The notes beneath the pieces were generated by a model. The model saw only the letters and a program-made list of their open reading frames with translations. It had not been told where the DNA came from and did not search any database. A DNA stretch of 64,000 nt. It comes from Pirellulales bacterium (GTDB lineage: Bacteria > Planctomycetota > Planctomycetia > Pirellulales > Lacipirellulaceae). A program made the translations under genes and the position numbers. This document shows positions 1-11,734 of the stretch, one piece after another. The DNA lies in NCBI GenBank assembly GCA_046349975.1, contig JAXMBH010000002.1:128470-192469 (forward strand). Direction: 5' to 3'. How positions within the stretch are numbered: position 1 is the stretch's first letter; the number at the start of each line of letters is the position of its first letter.

Positions 1-292
1 CGTCGACGCGGAACTCGCCGGTCCACCGATCATTGATAACGGGCTGCAACCGCGCGCGATGCCACTCACCAGGATTCTGGCAATTCGCATCACCGCACAT
101 CTTTCGATAGAGCACCGCGGCGGCGATGCGATCGTGTCCATCGGTAAACACATCGGCCGTGACGACAATCACATCGCCCGCGACGCGCTTGATCGGAAAC
201 CGCCCGTTATCGACGTTCGGTTCAACATTCTCAATCACGACTCGCGAGCGGCCCGCGCTGGTCGGCAATGTTTTTATAGCGGTCTGCGACAT
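1..292 (-). CDS. glgE: alpha-1,4-glucan:maltose-1-phosphate maltosyltransferase (GlgE-like), N-terminal fragment; the gene continues past the window start
   Basis: Absent from the ORF track because it has no stop codon inside the window. Reverse-strand translation from an ATG near 290-292 reads MSQTAIKTLPTSAGRSRVVIENVEPNVDNGRFPIKRVAGDVIVVTADVFTDGHDRIAAAVLYRKM... This matches the conserved GlgE N-terminal domain pattern (I-E-x-V-x-P-x-V-D-x-G-R-x-P-x-K, then T-A-x-V-F-x-x-G-H-D). It lies directly downstream of malQ on the same strand. Confidence 0.5.
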   Translation of the reverse strand, partial: MSQTAIKTLPTSAGRSRVVIENVEPNVDNGRFPIKRVAGDVIVVTADVFTDGHDRIAAAVLYRKMCGDANCQNPGEWHRARLQPVINDRWTGEFRVD

Positions 293-451
293 TCTGGCCG
301 TAAATGGCAAACCGTATGCCTGGGCGCTCACGCGATTGCTTGCGGGCGTAAACAGCCGGCGCGAAGGCCTGAAAAATGCCGCCGTATCCTAGCCCCGCTT
401 GTAGCGACAAATGTGACTGGCCGGATTTACACCAGTCTGAAATACTCACGA

Positions 452-2608
452 TCAAACATGAGCCGGGTGGCGCTGGCTACTGTGATTTGCGATCGCGTCG
501 CTCAAATCACAGAGTCGGCGGCGAATTTCTGGGTCGTTGCGGAATTGCTCGGCGGTCAGCCTTGCCTTGCGACGCCAATTTGCGTTTTCTCCATCCGTGC
601 TGGGGATATTCTGCGGCAAAGTTTCCTGCCACAAATCTTCCAGGTTCACGAGCACCATTCGGCTTGCCCTATCACGCAGATATTCGACGCACGCGTTTAG
701 AACCGCCGTCGCGGGCGTCCCATGGACCGCATAACCCAGTGATTTGAAAAACCCGATGAGAGCCGCGCGAATCGTTTCGCGATCGCGTTCTTGGATTTCA
801 CATTCACCCGGCGATAGCAGGCCGGCATGCGCTCGTTCGCCAATGTCGTTGCCGTTCCAAAAACCGGCGAACGGCGGCATGTCGTGCGTGTTCAAGCTCG
901 CGATCGAATTCGCCGGCGGCTCCGGCAATGCCGCATTCCGATCCGGTTGAATTTCGTACTGCACGACATACATGCGATGAAAGTTGTGCTTCGCCATGGC
1001 CACCGGCACTTCCGGCGGCACGGTGCCCAGGTCCTCGCCGACGATCATTGTCTGGTGCCGATGCGATTCCAGGGCGTAGACTGCGTACAATTCTTCAGCC
1101 GGGTAGCGCACATACACGCCGTCCTTCGCACTCACGCCCGGTGGTATCCAAAATACGCGATGGAAACTGGGCATGTGGTCGATCCGCAACACGTTTGCGT
1201 ATCGCATTTGATGCCGCAAAAACTGCCGGATGTAGCGGTAGCCGTCGCGGCGAATATTCTCAGGGTGCAGGGGTACGAAGCCCCAATTCTGGCCGTTGGG
1301 AAACATGATATCGGGCGGACAGCCGCCGGTCGCCCCGACACCAAACAGCGATCGTTCGCGCCACACATCGTAACCGCTGGCATTTACCCCCAACGGCATG
1401 TCGAGGTACAGCCCGCTGCCACCTTCGCGGTTCGCGGCCCGCCGGATTTGCTCGTCGGCTTGCCACTGCGCGAACATGTGGTAACGCAGTGCCGCTGCAT
1501 CGACCTCGGCGCCCGCCATTTCGCCCTCGCGCAGACGATTCGGCCACTCTGACCACGGCTTCCGAAACCGCTCGCCGAGCGCGCGAAACGCGGCGTAATC
1601 TTCCAGCGAAGGATGCGCCGCAACAAACGAGTCGAAGGCAGTGCGCTCTGTCGAGCGCGACGCGAAGAACTTTGCTGCGAGCTTTTCCAGTGCCTGCCGT
1701 TTGAGCTTTGCGATCCGGCGATAGTCCACCAGCCGCTCCGTCCGCGCTGTTTCCAATTCACTACGGAACTCGGCTGTCTCGACCACGCGTCGAACCTCGG
1801 CATCGTGCGAAAAACCCACTACCTCTGGAATGTTCAGAAAGAACTCATTCCAAAACAGCCGGCTCACGGGGGAGTAGGGGCTGATTTCAAATGGTTCGTC
1901 CAGAAACGCGGCTAGCAACGGCAACGTGCCGACGATCTGCCCGCCCAACTCCTGGAGCCACTCACGCTGTTCGCGCAGGTCGCGGAAGTCGCCGGCGCCC
2001 CAGCTTTGCTGCGATTCCAAGGCGTAGAGCGGCAAGAATGCACCCCACGATCGTTGCCAGCCGCCGCCGCGGGGAGAGTAGGCACGCATCGGCGCCGCGA
2101 TGATGAGCGTCTCACATTGTTCGCTCGCGAATTGTAACGACAGCCGGTGATATCCCAGCGGCAATGCGGCCGGCACGATCAATCGTTTCGCAATTACGCC
2201 ACGATGGACCAGGGCGCACTCATCGGGAGACGCGTCGGGCAACTCGCCAAGTCGACCAGCCCAGCGGATGGCCTCGCCATTTTCAATATCGACCGACGCT
2301 TCGAAATGATGGTCCTTGGCGGCAGCCGGGACTCGCACACCAACTTCTGTCGCACCTCCGCCCCAGGCGACGACAACAGGGCTCACGCGCTGCCGACAAA
2401 TTTCGTCCTCGCGCTCGAGGACCGCTTCTTCGATGTCGTCAAAGCGGGAAACCGGCGACCCCAGCAAGTTCAGCACAGCCAAGACCGACTCCGCCGGCGA
2501 TTCGCACCGCTGGCCACGCACATCGTCATACGATGTTTGGATACCCCACAACTCGGCAAGCTTTCTGAGCGGATCGACCGCGCGGGACTTTGCGTCGGTA
2601 TTTTTCAT
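452..2608 (-). CDS. malQ: 4-alpha-glucanotransferase (amylomaltase, GH77)
   Basis: 718-aa ORF. GH77 signatures are present, including an SPYSPxSRLFWNEFFLNIPE-like segment and a MPLGVN...GYDVW region, with typical length and composition for amylomaltase fused to an N-terminal extension. Confidence 0.85.
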   Translation of the reverse strand: MKNTDAKSRAVDPLRKLAELWGIQTSYDDVRGQRCESPAESVLAVLNLLGSPVSRFDDIEEAVLEREDEICRQRVSPVVVAWGGGATEVGVRVPAAAKDHHFEASVDIENGEAIRWAGRLGELPDASPDECALVHRGVIAKRLIVPAALPLGYHRLSLQFASEQCETLIIAAPMRAYSPRGGGWQRSWGAFLPLYALESQQSWGAGDFRDLREQREWLQELGGQIVGTLPLLAAFLDEPFEISPYSPVSRLFWNEFFLNIPEVVGFSHDAEVRRVVETAEFRSELETARTERLVDYRRIAKLKRQALEKLAAKFFASRSTERTAFDSFVAAHPSLEDYAAFRALGERFRKPWSEWPNRLREGEMAGAEVDAAALRYHMFAQWQADEQIRRAANREGGSGLYLDMPLGVNASGYDVWRERSLFGVGATGGCPPDIMFPNGQNWGFVPLHPENIRRDGYRYIRQFLRHQMRYANVLRIDHMPSFHRVFWIPPGVSAKDGVYVRYPAEELYAVYALESHRHQTMIVGEDLGTVPPEVPVAMAKHNFHRMYVVQYEIQPDRNAALPEPPANSIASLNTHDMPPFAGFWNGNDIGERAHAGLLSPGECEIQERDRETIRAALIGFFKSLGYAVHGTPATAVLNACVEYLRDRASRMVLVNLEDLWQETLPQNIPSTDGENANWRRKARLTAEQFRNDPEIRRRLCDLSDAIANHSSQRHPAHV

Positions 2609-2917
2609 TGAGGGCGTTAGATTATTTGATGCTCTTGAAAACGTCGTGGTAGACGCGTAACCAGCGGCCTCTTACCGCCCGTCGCACAGAACGAATTTCT
2701 AGCGAGTCGACCGCAATTAGCAATCGATTCACCGCGGTCGTGCGCCGACACGAGCACACGTCGTGCCTGAGTTAGGAGTTGGTCTCGAGGGCCGTTCTTT
2801 CCCGATCGCGCGTTGCCATCGACAGCTGCAAAGACGTGTGGCGTTCATAACCACGGCCCCCCTGGGCGGTATGCCGATTGCTATGCCGCGAAAGAGAGAA
2901 GAAGAAAGGATGGAGAC

Positions 2918-4741
2918 ATGGTTAAAGTATGGGTGCCAAACGCTACGACAGTTCGACTTCTGCTGAGCGAGCGCGTGATCGAAATGGAGAAGCAGCACAC
3001 GGGTTGGTGGACGGCAGCATATAAATTGCGCCACGGCGAATGCTACTCGTTTGAAGTCGACGAAAACAAAGGCCTGCCTGACCCGCGCTCACCTTGGCAG
3101 CCGGAGGGCGTGCACAGCCATTCATGCCATGTCGACCATTCGCAATTCAAATGGACTGACCAATATTGGCAACAGCGACCGCTTTCTTCGGCGATTATCT
3201 ACGAGCTGCACATCGGCACGTTCACACCGCAGGGCACATTCGATAGTGCGATCGAAAAGCTCGATCACCTCGCCGACCTCGGCGTCACGCACGTCGAAGT
3301 TATGCCAGTTGCCGCATTTCAGGGCGACCGCGGTTGGGGCTACGACGGCGTCGCGCTCTACGCCCCGCACCAGGCCTACGGCGGCCCGGAAGGTTTCAAA
3401 CGATTTGTCAACGCCTGCCACGAACGCGGCCTCGCGGTGATTCTAGATGTCGTCTACAACCACCTCGGCCCCAGCGGGAACTACCTGCCGCAATTCGGCC
3501 CGTATTTTTCCGATCGCCATTCAACTCCCTGGGGCTCGTCACTCAACTTTGACGGTCCCGACAGCGATGAAGTCCGCCGCTTTTTCTGCGACAACGCTTT
3601 GATGTGGCTCCGCGACTATCACATCGACGGTCTTCGCCTCGACGCCGTGCATGCGATCGTCGATACGTCCGCGATTCCTTTCCTCGAACAGCTGGCTGCC
3701 GAAGTCGAAGACTTGAAGGCGCACCTCGGCCGCCATTTATGCCTCATCGCCGAAAGCGACCTCAACGACCCGCGTGTCATTCGGGCGCCGGAACTCGGCG
3801 GCTTCGGCATTGACGCCCAATGGAGCGATGATATCCACCATGCGCTCCATGCCATCCTCACCGGCGAGCGCGAAGGCTACTACGAAGACTTCGGCTCGCT
3901 CGAAGACCTCGCCGTCTCGATGTACCGGCCGTATATCTACGCGGGCCGCCACTCGCCCTATCGCCGGCGCACGCACGGGCGTTCGCCGTTGGGCCTCAAC
4001 GGCCATCAGTTCGTGGCCTACATGCAGAACCACGACCAGCTCGGCAACCGCGCCCGCGGCGAACGATTGTGCCAGCTCGCCAGCGTCGAGCGTGCGAAAA
4101 TAGGCGCTGCGCTCATTCTGGTATCACCGTACATTCCCATGCTCTTCCAAGGCGAAGAGTTCGCGGCTTCGAGCCCGTTCCTTTATTTTGTCGGCTTCGA
4201 CGAGGAACCTGAGCTGGCGCAAGCGGTTGCCCAAGGGCGTTGCCAGGAATTCGCGTCGTTCGGCTGGCGGCCGGAAGACATTCCGGATCCAACGGATCGC
4301 TCGACGTTCGAAGCGTCGAAGCTGCCATGGGACGAGATCACTCAAGAGCGTCACGCGACCATGCTTGCTTGGCACAAGGCGCTTATCCAACTCCGCCGCC
4401 GCATTTCCGCGCTTACCACCGGCCGACTCGAATTGACGCATTCCGATTTCAACTCCACTGAGCAATGGCTCGACGTGCGCCGCGGCCCCATCCAGATCCT
4501 CTGCAATTTCGCTAACCAGTTAACCACGCTGCCGCTCAATCGCGAGCGCAAAACACTGATCCTCGCGTCGAAGGACGATTGTCGAATCGAGGGCGACGAG
4601 ATTCTTCTGCCCAGCGAGTCCGTCGCGATCATCGGCCCCGAATGGACGGCGAGATATCGGCCACCACAATTGGAGCGCGAGAACACGGACGGACGATCAT
4701 CTCGCCGCCCGGTGGGAGCTGCCGACGCCATCGCGCGATGA
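2918..4741 (+). CDS. treZ: malto-oligosyltrehalose trehalohydrolase (GH13)
   Basis: GH13 catalytic motifs are present (DGLRLDAVHAI, AESDLND, a QNHDQ-like motif) and an N-terminal E-set domain. The start was moved to the ATG at 2918 (MVKVWVP), which has AAGGA about 7 nt upstream. The ORF track begins at 2813. Confidence 0.85.
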   Translation: MVKVWVPNATTVRLLLSERVIEMEKQHTGWWTAAYKLRHGECYSFEVDENKGLPDPRSPWQPEGVHSHSCHVDHSQFKWTDQYWQQRPLSSAIIYELHIGTFTPQGTFDSAIEKLDHLADLGVTHVEVMPVAAFQGDRGWGYDGVALYAPHQAYGGPEGFKRFVNACHERGLAVILDVVYNHLGPSGNYLPQFGPYFSDRHSTPWGSSLNFDGPDSDEVRRFFCDNALMWLRDYHIDGLRLDAVHAIVDTSAIPFLEQLAAEVEDLKAHLGRHLCLIAESDLNDPRVIRAPELGGFGIDAQWSDDIHHALHAILTGEREGYYEDFGSLEDLAVSMYRPYIYAGRHSPYRRRTHGRSPLGLNGHQFVAYMQNHDQLGNRARGERLCQLASVERAKIGAALILVSPYIPMLFQGEEFAASSPFLYFVGFDEEPELAQAVAQGRCQEFASFGWRPEDIPDPTDRSTFEASKLPWDEITQERHATMLAWHKALIQLRRRISALTTGRLELTHSDFNSTEQWLDVRRGPIQILCNFANQLTTLPLNRERKTLILASKDDCRIEGDEILLPSESVAIIGPEWTARYRPPQLERENTDGRSSRRPVGAADAIAR

Positions 4742-5015
4742 CTCGTACGCGCCATGCGTACCCGGCTTCGTTTTCGCACTATGGGTGCATGTGTGTTTGA
4801 CCCATGGACCGACAGCATTGTCTGTCCGACCTCTTGGCCCGAACTATGCGCCTAGCGCCTGCATCGTCGCGTGCGCAAAATCACGCATTGCACGCTGCTT
4901 TTCCGTGCTAAATCCGCAATTGCCAGCGTGGCGTTTCTGCCCTACACTTCCGCCGCAATTTCGCGATCTTCCGGCAGGAAGTCACGCTATCATCGTCGCT
5001 TGAATCGAGCATTCC

Positions 5016-6956
5016 ATGAAGGATTTTGCCAGGGCACTTCAACAAGCATGGCGGCTGTGGCCGGCGCTCACTTTGGCCATCGCCTGCTCGCTCGGCGTGG
5101 CTGCCCTCTGGGGCGCGAACATCGCCGCGCTCTTCCCGATCATCGAAACCACGCTGCACGGCCAGTCGCTGCAAGAGTGGAATCAAAAGCGCGTCGAAAC
5201 CGCCAAGGCGAGTCTCGCGACGCATGAGGCCGAAGTGCAACAGCTCGCAGGCCAACTCGCCGCCGAGAAGAATGAGAAGGCTCAGCACGAGCTCGCGTTC
5301 CAAATCGAAATGGTGCAGGCGAAAATCAAGATGGATCGCGCCGGTATCTATTCGGCCGGCAAACTCCAACCGTTCCTCGAACGCTTCATGCCCAACAAGC
5401 CGTTTCAGACCGTAACGCTGATTATTCTCATCGTCGCGGTAGCCACGGCCATCAAGCAGCTCTTGATGATGACCAACACGATGTTGGTCGCGTACGTATC
5501 GCAAACGATTGCTCGCGATATCCGCGGCAAACTCTTTGACAAAGCCCTGTCGCTCGATCGCCCCTCGTTTAACGCGCTCGGCATCAGCGGCTTCACGGCG
5601 AACATTGCCCACACGACCGATATGCTCGCCATCGGCATCACCAATTTCTATGGCGGCGCCGTCACCGAGCCGCTGCGCATCATCGCCTGCTTGGGAGGCG
5701 CATGGTTTATTTCCTGGCGGCTGACGCTGGCCTCGCTCATTTTCGCACCGATCGCCGCGTTCTTTGTGTTGTATTTGAATCGCCGCATTCGGGCGCTCTC
5801 AATCAGCATCCTCGACCGCTCGATGGGCTTTCACCACGTGATGCTCGAAGTCTTCAACGCCCTGCTCACCGTGCAGGCCAATACGATGGAAGATTTCGAA
5901 CGCCGCCGCTTCCGCGATTCCACCGCGTGCATGCGCCGCATCGCCATGAAGTCGCAGTTCTACCACTCCCTCAGCAACCCCATCACCGAACTTCTGGGCA
6001 TGGGCATCCTCTGCACCGGCGTCATTGTTTCCGGCTACCTCGTCATCAACCAGCAAACGCACATCTTCGGCATTCCGATGTGCGATAAGCCGATGAGCGT
6101 GACCGACATGACCGTGTTCTTCGCCCTGCTTGTCGGTGCTTCCGACCCGCTGCGAAAGCTCTCCACGGTGATCACCGGCGTCAACAGCGGCATGGCCGCC
6201 GCTGGCCTCATTTACCCGATCCTCGAACGCCAGCCGTTCCTCGTCGAATCAACGAACCCGAAGCCGCTCCCGGCGTCGCATCAGAAGATCGAATTCCGCA
6301 ACGTCTCATTCAGTTACGACGGCATCCAGGAAGTCATCGGCGGGGTGAACCTCACGATCCCGCGCGGCGAACACCTCGCGATTGTCGGCCCGAACGGCGG
6401 CGGCAAGAGCACGATTATCAATCTGCTCTGCCGCTTCTACGATCCGCGGCAGGGCGAAGTCCTGATCGACGGCGTCTCGCTCCGCGATGTCTCCACCGTC
6501 GAACTGCGCAAACGCATCGCGCTGGTCACGCAGCAAACCGAGCACTTTAACGAATCGATCTATCACAACATCCGCTACGGGCGCTGGGACGCCACCGAAG
6601 CCGAAGTCATCGCCGCCGCCAAGCTGGCCCGTGCTGATGGCTTCATCACCAGTTTTCCCGAAGGCTACCTCACTGTGGTCGGCCCGAACGGCCAGCGCCT
6701 CAGCGGCGGCCAGCGCCAACGCATCGCCCTCGCCCGCGCGTTTCTGCGGAACGCGGAAATCCTGATCATGGATGAAGCCACGAGCCAGATCGATGTCGAG
6801 AGCGAGAAGCTCATCCACGACGCCCTCGAAGAGTATGGCCACGGCCGCACGCTCATCATGATCACCCACCGCGAGAGCACACTCTCCCTCGCCGACCGGG
6901 TCGTCCGTGTCGAACACGGCAAACTCGAACCGCTGGAAACGAAGAAAGCGGCGTAG
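5016..6956 (+). CDS. ABC exporter, fused permease and ATPase (MsbA/lipid A exporter-like)
   Basis: 646 aa. An N-terminal coiled-coil segment is followed by six predicted TM helices. The nucleotide-binding domain has a Walker A motif (GPNGGGKST), an ABC signature ([15 protein letters not shown]) and a Walker B motif (ILIMDEATS). Confidence 0.8.
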   Translation: MKDFARALQQAWRLWPALTLAIACSLGVAALWGANIAALFPIIETTLHGQSLQEWNQKRVETAKASLATHEAEVQQLAGQLAAEKNEKAQHELAFQIEMVQAKIKMDRAGIYSAGKLQPFLERFMPNKPFQTVTLIILIVAVATAIKQLLMMTNTMLVAYVSQTIARDIRGKLFDKALSLDRPSFNALGISGFTANIAHTTDMLAIGITNFYGGAVTEPLRIIACLGGAWFISWRLTLASLIFAPIAAFFVLYLNRRIRALSISILDRSMGFHHVMLEVFNALLTVQANTMEDFERRRFRDSTACMRRIAMKSQFYHSLSNPITELLGMGILCTGVIVSGYLVINQQTHIFGIPMCDKPMSVTDMTVFFALLVGASDPLRKLSTVITGVNSGMAAAGLIYPILERQPFLVESTNPKPLPASHQKIEFRNVSFSYDGIQEVIGGVNLTIPRGEHLAIVGPNGGGKSTIINLLCRFYDPRQGEVLIDGVSLRDVSTVELRKRIALVTQQTEHFNESIYHNIRYGRWDATEAEVIAAAKLARADGFITSFPEGYLTVVGPNGQRLSGGQRQRIALARAFLRNAEILIMDEATSQIDVESEKLIHDALEEYGHGRTLIMITHRESTLSLADRVVRVEHGKLEPLETKKAA

Positions 6957-7038
6957 TTGCAGGCCGGCGCCGTCCACCTCTTTGTCGTCTACACGCGCCG
7001 TTAGTGGGTCGTGCCCAATGTGCGGGTTCCGGCCGCTT

Positions 7039-7986
7039 TCACTCCCACGACACCAACCGCGCCATGCCGAACCCCGACCGTCCAAACCCGTTGCCGTTGT
7101 AGATGAGATACGTTTCGCCCGCGTGCTCCTGCATCCACCCGTATTCGATCATCTCCGAGTCCCACCCCTCGGCCGACTTCTCAATTCCGACGCGATCATC
7201 CATCCGCTCCCACCGAATGCCGTCGCTCGACTCGGCATAGCCGAATTGATACGAACGATCCCGATCGGTGCGGTAATCGACCACCGAGCGGTACGGATAC
7301 ATCATGCCGTACTTGCCGTCGTGTTTGAATACGCAGGGCCGCGCGATCGCATAGTCGGGCCCCAAGTCGACACATGAAATCCCTTTCGGCTCCCAACGAT
7401 AACCGTCGTTCGACTCCACATACTTAATATGATAGTTCGGCTCCCAGCGGCCGTTCACTTCTTGCCAGCCGTTGCTCGCCACGTACCACATTCGCCACAC
7501 GCCGTTCTCCAAACGCACGCATGGCGAGCACACAAAATATGGCTCGGTCGGCGAGTGGCCAAGGATCGGTCCATCGGAGTAACGCTGAAACGTTCGACCG
7601 CCGTCGTTGCTGACCGCGAGGCCTATCGCCAAGTCATATGGCACGGTCGCGAGCACGTTCCAACCCGTGTAGAACAGCCGCAACTCAGCGCCGTTGCGCA
7701 CGAGCCACGCCGGCATCGCACCGCTGTCATCGAACGTCCCGGGCTTACCTAAAGAAACGATCGGCGTCGGATCAAAGTGCGTAACCACCGGCAACTTTCC
7801 CGGCAGTCCACTTACATCAAGTTCTAACCGTGCGACTCGACTCTTGCCGTTCTCATCGCGCGTGCTTAAGTAAACCCACCAGCAATTATCACTCACCACC
7901 AGCACGGTTGCGAGCGCGGCATGCGATACGGACCAGGCCACGTCGCCCCCCGGCTTCCACACAAAGCCGAGCTTTTCCCATTTCAT
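7039..7986 (-). CDS. five-bladed beta-propeller glycosidase-superfamily protein (GH43/GH130-like), probable glycan-modifying enzyme
   Basis: 315 aa. Composition and repeated Gly/Asp-rich blade motifs (FDDSGA, NDGGRTF, SNDGYRW, SSDGIRW) resemble the furanosidase beta-propeller superfamily. It lies at the edge of the glycan biosynthesis cluster. Confidence 0.45.
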   Translation of the reverse strand: MKWEKLGFVWKPGGDVAWSVSHAALATVLVVSDNCWWVYLSTRDENGKSRVARLELDVSGLPGKLPVVTHFDPTPIVSLGKPGTFDDSGAMPAWLVRNGAELRLFYTGWNVLATVPYDLAIGLAVSNDGGRTFQRYSDGPILGHSPTEPYFVCSPCVRLENGVWRMWYVASNGWQEVNGRWEPNYHIKYVESNDGYRWEPKGISCVDLGPDYAIARPCVFKHDGKYGMMYPYRSVVDYRTDRDRSYQFGYAESSDGIRWERMDDRVGIEKSAEGWDSEMIEYGWMQEHAGETYLIYNGNGFGRSGFGMARLVSWE

Positions 7987-8016
7987 ATGCGCTCCATCCC
8001 AGCGGCCAATCGTTTG

Positions 8017-8682
8017 CTAAAAGTCGATATCCGCGCTCGAAACCTTCGACGCCCGCGTCGCATCGGCCTTGTAGATCGTCCACGGATCGGTGTTCTTCGT
8101 CACATTCGCGCCCATGCCAACGAGCGTTCCTTCGCCAAGCGTAAGTTGGTCTTTGATCGTCGCGTTGACGCCCAAGAAGCAATAGCGACCAATGTTGCAA
8201 TGCCCCGAGATCACCACGTGCGACGTCACGAACACATGGTCGTTGATCGTCGAGTGGTGGCCGATGTGATTGCCGCTCCACAATACGACGTTGTTCCCGA
8301 TCGTGCAAAACGGCTGCAGTGTGTTGTCTTCCAGGATGAAGCAGTTATCGCCGATTCTGCCTTCGGTGAAATTCGTTGCCCGCGAGCTGATATACGAGAT
8401 GAACTCATACCCCGCGGACTTAAAGGAGTTGTAAACCTGTTCGCGCAGCCGATTCATGCGCCGGGCCGTGAGTGGCGCGAATGCCCGCACGCTGTCGGGC
8501 GGAAAATGCTGTGCGACCTCTTCGAAAGCCACGACCGGCAGCCCCTCGAAACTTTCGCCGGTATCCTTCAAATACTCGGCGTTCACTGTAAAGCCGCGCA
8601 CGGTGTGTGGGCTATCGTTCCGCAAGTAAAAATGGGCCAAAGAGGCGGTGTCGCGCGCTCCAAAAATGATAACGTCTGCCAT
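8017..8682 (-). CDS. sugar N/O-acetyltransferase, NeuD/PglD family (left-handed beta-helix hexapeptide transferase)
   Basis: 221 aa. An N-terminal Rossmann-like segment (MADVIIFGARDTA) is followed by hexapeptide repeats (IGDNCFILEDNTLQPFCTIGNNVVLWSGNHIGHHSTINDHVFV...). This is the typical NeuD/PglD architecture for N-acetylating amino sugars. Confidence 0.75.
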   Translation of the reverse strand: MADVIIFGARDTASLAHFYLRNDSPHTVRGFTVNAEYLKDTGESFEGLPVVAFEEVAQHFPPDSVRAFAPLTARRMNRLREQVYNSFKSAGYEFISYISSRATNFTEGRIGDNCFILEDNTLQPFCTIGNNVVLWSGNHIGHHSTINDHVFVTSHVVISGHCNIGRYCFLGVNATIKDQLTLGEGTLVGMGANVTKNTDPWTIYKADATRASKVSSADIDF

Positions 8683-8737
8683 GCGTCACGTTATCCGCCA
8701 TCTTGCTGAATAACGCAACAGCGATTCGCTAGCACCG

Positions 8738-9730
8738 CTAACTGTGGCGATACGCTGGGAAGTATCCCTGCACATTTTGGGATCTTCCTACCAACTCCGC
8801 ATACGCCCGCGGCTGCAGAATTCGACCGCAGAAATACACCGGTCGGGTGCCCGTTGCCCACCCGCGTTTGAACCGCGTCAGGCCAGAGTCGCTCGCCTGC
8901 GTGCCTGCGCCGGCGCCGAGCGCCGCCCAGCGAATTCCTAGCTTGGCGAACTGCGTGAGCGCGTGCCAGAACAGCGCGAACGACGCCCGCAGCTCATAGC
9001 CGCGCTCGTTGTACGCGGCGAGGTGATAGTAGGCGACGTCACCCCGCACGTACCACAATGTCATGCCGCACGTTTCGCTGCCCTCGCGCGCCGCGAATGC
9101 CAACAGCCCCGGCACGCCGAGCTGCTTCGCAAACGAAGCCGGCGAGAATCGCTGGATGCCCGTGATGCCGTGCCGCTCGACCAGGTGCTGGTACAACCCG
9201 CACCACTCGCCAAGTAGCCCCGCGTCAATCGTCGCATTCCCGACTTCGACGGCTCTCAGTGCCTTGCGTGCATTGCGTTGATGATGCCGATCGACGAACT
9301 GTTCCAACGGCCGCGCAAGATCGGTCACGAAATGCTGCTTGTACTCGTAACAAACATCGGGAAATGCCGCCGCCAATTCCACCGCTGTGACTTCGGCAAA
9401 CGAATCGGTCACCAGCCGCACGCTCACCAAACGCGTGGCAAGCGCCGCGAGATCATCGCCGAGCGCCGTCCAATCGCCGCACGAGAACAGCGGATAGCAG
9501 CCCAGGGCATCGCGCAGTTCGGTGCGCGGAATTGGCGTCGCGAGCAGCCAACCACCGCAATTCGGAAGCGCGCACACGTCGCCAAATTCGCTGAGCGACT
9601 CGGCATACTCGCGGCTCGCATAGCCTACACCATTCGAGATGGCCGGAAGATGAGAAACCGCCGCCGGCATATTGATCACACCGTTTCGCGCGATTGCGCC
9701 CACGATTCTACGCAGCCCGCCGGATCGCAT
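8738..9730 (-). CDS. FemAB-like / GNAT-fold acyltransferase (BioF2-like acetyltransferase domain protein)
   Basis: 330 aa with the size and composition of FemAB/GNAT-family proteins found in O-antigen and capsule loci. An alternative start at M21 (about 9670) would remove the 23-nt overlap with rfbA. Confidence 0.45.
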   Translation of the reverse strand: MRSGGLRRIVGAIARNGVINMPAAVSHLPAISNGVGYASREYAESLSEFGDVCALPNCGGWLLATPIPRTELRDALGCYPLFSCGDWTALGDDLAALATRLVSVRLVTDSFAEVTAVELAAAFPDVCYEYKQHFVTDLARPLEQFVDRHHQRNARKALRAVEVGNATIDAGLLGEWCGLYQHLVERHGITGIQRFSPASFAKQLGVPGLLAFAAREGSETCGMTLWYVRGDVAYYHLAAYNERGYELRASFALFWHALTQFAKLGIRWAALGAGAGTQASDSGLTRFKRGWATGTRPVYFCGRILQPRAYAELVGRSQNVQGYFPAYRHS

Positions 9731-10616
9731 TCCGCGGATGCAAGCAACTTAGCAGATACGCGCCGTAACTATTCTGCATCGATTTGGCCACGCGTTCGAG
9801 CTGCGTGGCCGAAATAAAACCCTGCCGATACGCGATCTCCTCAATGCAACCAACCTTCAGGCCCTGCTGGCGTTCCGTCTCGCACACCAAGCGCGACGCT
9901 TCGAGCAACGAATCGTGCGTCCCGGCATCCATCCACGTCAGCCCATGATCGAGCCGCTCGACATGCAGCTCGCCGCGCTCCAGGTATGCCCGATTCACAT
10001 CGGTAATCTCTAATTCACCACGCGGCGAGGGCTTCAACTGGGCGGCAATTTCAGCGACCTGCTCGTCGTAGAAATACAACCCTGGCACGGCCAAATTCGA
10101 TCGCGGGCGCAGCGGCTTTTCCTCGAGCGACACGGCATCCCCTGCGGCATCGATCTCGACCACACCATACCGCTGCGGATCAAGTACTGGATAGCCAAAA
10201 ACCGTCGCCCCGCTGCGCCGCTGCTGGGCCGACTGTAGAGCGACGTCCAACCCATCGCCAAAGAACAAGTTGTCGCCCAGCGCCAGCACGCTGTGGTCGC
10301 CGCCCACAAAATCCCGCCCGATGATGAACGCCTGCGCCAGCCCCTCTGGCCGCGGCTGCTCGGCATACTGCATCGCAATGCCCAGCTGGCTGCCGTCGCC
10401 AAACAACCGCTCAAAGCCGGGCAAATCCACAGGCGTCGAAATGATGAGCACTTCGCGCACGCCGGCTTGCATCAATACCGACAGCGGATAGTACACCATC
10501 GGCTTGTCATAAATCGGCAGCAGCTGCTTGCTTACCGCACGCGTGAGCGGGTACAGCCGCGTGCCCGACCCGCCGGCCAGAATGATTCCCTTTCGTGTGA
10601 TGCTCGTGGCTGCCAT
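9708..10616 (-). CDS. rfbA: glucose-1-phosphate thymidylyltransferase
   Basis: Carries a [16 protein letters not shown]-like N-terminal motif, with RmlA-like sequence throughout ([11 protein letters not shown]). The start was moved to M15 of the tracked ORF ([10 protein letters not shown]). Confidence 0.9.
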   Translation of the reverse strand: MAATSITRKGIILAGGSGTRLYPLTRAVSKQLLPIYDKPMVYYPLSVLMQAGVREVLIISTPVDLPGFERLFGDGSQLGIAMQYAEQPRPEGLAQAFIIGRDFVGGDHSVLALGDNLFFGDGLDVALQSAQQRRSGATVFGYPVLDPQRYGVVEIDAAGDAVSLEEKPLRPRSNLAVPGLYFYDEQVAEIAAQLKPSPRGELEITDVNRAYLERGELHVERLDHGLTWMDAGTHDSLLEASRLVCETERQQGLKVGCIEEIAYRQGFISATQLERVAKSMQNSYGAYLLSCLHPRNAIRRAA

Positions 10617-10654
10617 GCTCACTGGCTCGTTGCCCACTGGTGCGATCTCGCACG

Positions 10655-11722
10655 TCAAACGCGAACGAGTCCCAACCTTTCGCGTTCATATTTGCCGCTC
10701 GTCACGCGTTCGAACCACTCGGCGTTTTCCAAATACCAGCGCACGGTCTTCGCCAAGGCCGCATCGAAACTATGCCGCGGCTTCCACCCAACTTCGCGCT
10801 GCAGCTTCGTCGCATCGATCGCATAACGCCGGTCGTGCCCCGGGCGGTCGGCAACGTGCTGAATTAGTTGGCTTGTCGGCACGTGCGGCAACTGTGGACG
10901 CAACTCATCCACCAGCCGGCACACGTGCTCGACGATCTCCAAATTCGTCCGCTCGCAATTCGCGCCCACGTTATATGTTTCGCCCGGCTTCCCGAGCTCC
11001 AGCACCATCCGCAGCGCGTGGCAGTGATCCTCGACATACAACCAATCGCGAATCTGCTTGCCGTCGCCATATACCGGCAGCGGTTTACCCTCGACCGCGT
11101 TCCACACCATCAGCGGGATCAGCTTCTCGGGAAACTGGAAGGGCCCAAAATTGTTCGAACAGTTCGTAATGATCGTCGGCAGCCCGTACGTTTCGTAATA
11201 CGCCCGCACGAGGTGATCGGCCGCAGCCTTCGTGGCCGAGTATGGCGACCGCGGCGCGTACGGCGTGTGTTCGTGGAACTTGCCCTGCGGTCCGAGCGTG
11301 CCGAAAACCTCGTCCGTCGACACATGCACGAACCGAAACCGCTGCCGCTCCGCTGGGGAAAGCGTCGCCCAATAGTCGCGCGCGACATCCAGCATCGTGA
11401 ACGTGCCCACAACGTTCGTCTCAACAAAGTCGGCCGGGCCGTCGATCGACCGATCGACATGCGATTCCGCGGCGAGATGCACGATCGCCGCCGGCCGCGT
11501 TTTCACGAGCAGCTCATGCACGAGTGCCGCATCGGCCACGTCGCCTTGCACAAATGTGTGTCGCGGGTCCTGCCTCACCGCGCCGAGCGACTCCAGATTG
11601 CCCGCATACGTGAGCTTGTCGAGATTCACCACTTGCGCGCGCGGCTGTTCCGCCAGAATATGCTTCACCAGCCATCCGCCGATGAAGCCCGCGCCGCCCG
11701 TGATGAGAATGGCCTGCTGCAT
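10655..11722 (-). CDS. rfbB: dTDP-glucose 4,6-dehydratase
   Basis: Contains [12 protein letters not shown], a [11 protein letters not shown] catalytic YxxxK motif, and RmlB-like sequence throughout. 355 aa. Confidence 0.9.
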   Translation of the reverse strand: MQQAILITGGAGFIGGWLVKHILAEQPRAQVVNLDKLTYAGNLESLGAVRQDPRHTFVQGDVADAALVHELLVKTRPAAIVHLAAESHVDRSIDGPADFVETNVVGTFTMLDVARDYWATLSPAERQRFRFVHVSTDEVFGTLGPQGKFHEHTPYAPRSPYSATKAAADHLVRAYYETYGLPTIITNCSNNFGPFQFPEKLIPLMVWNAVEGKPLPVYGDGKQIRDWLYVEDHCHALRMVLELGKPGETYNVGANCERTNLEIVEHVCRLVDELRPQLPHVPTSQLIQHVADRPGHDRRYAIDATKLQREVGWKPRHSFDAALAKTVRWYLENAEWFERVTSGKYERERLGLVRV

Positions 11723-11734
11723 GGATGATTTGCA

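Noticed and set aside
59-700. 213-aa plus-strand ORF at the window start
   Set aside because: It overlaps the better-supported minus-strand glgE N-terminus and the malQ C-terminus and has no recognisable motifs.
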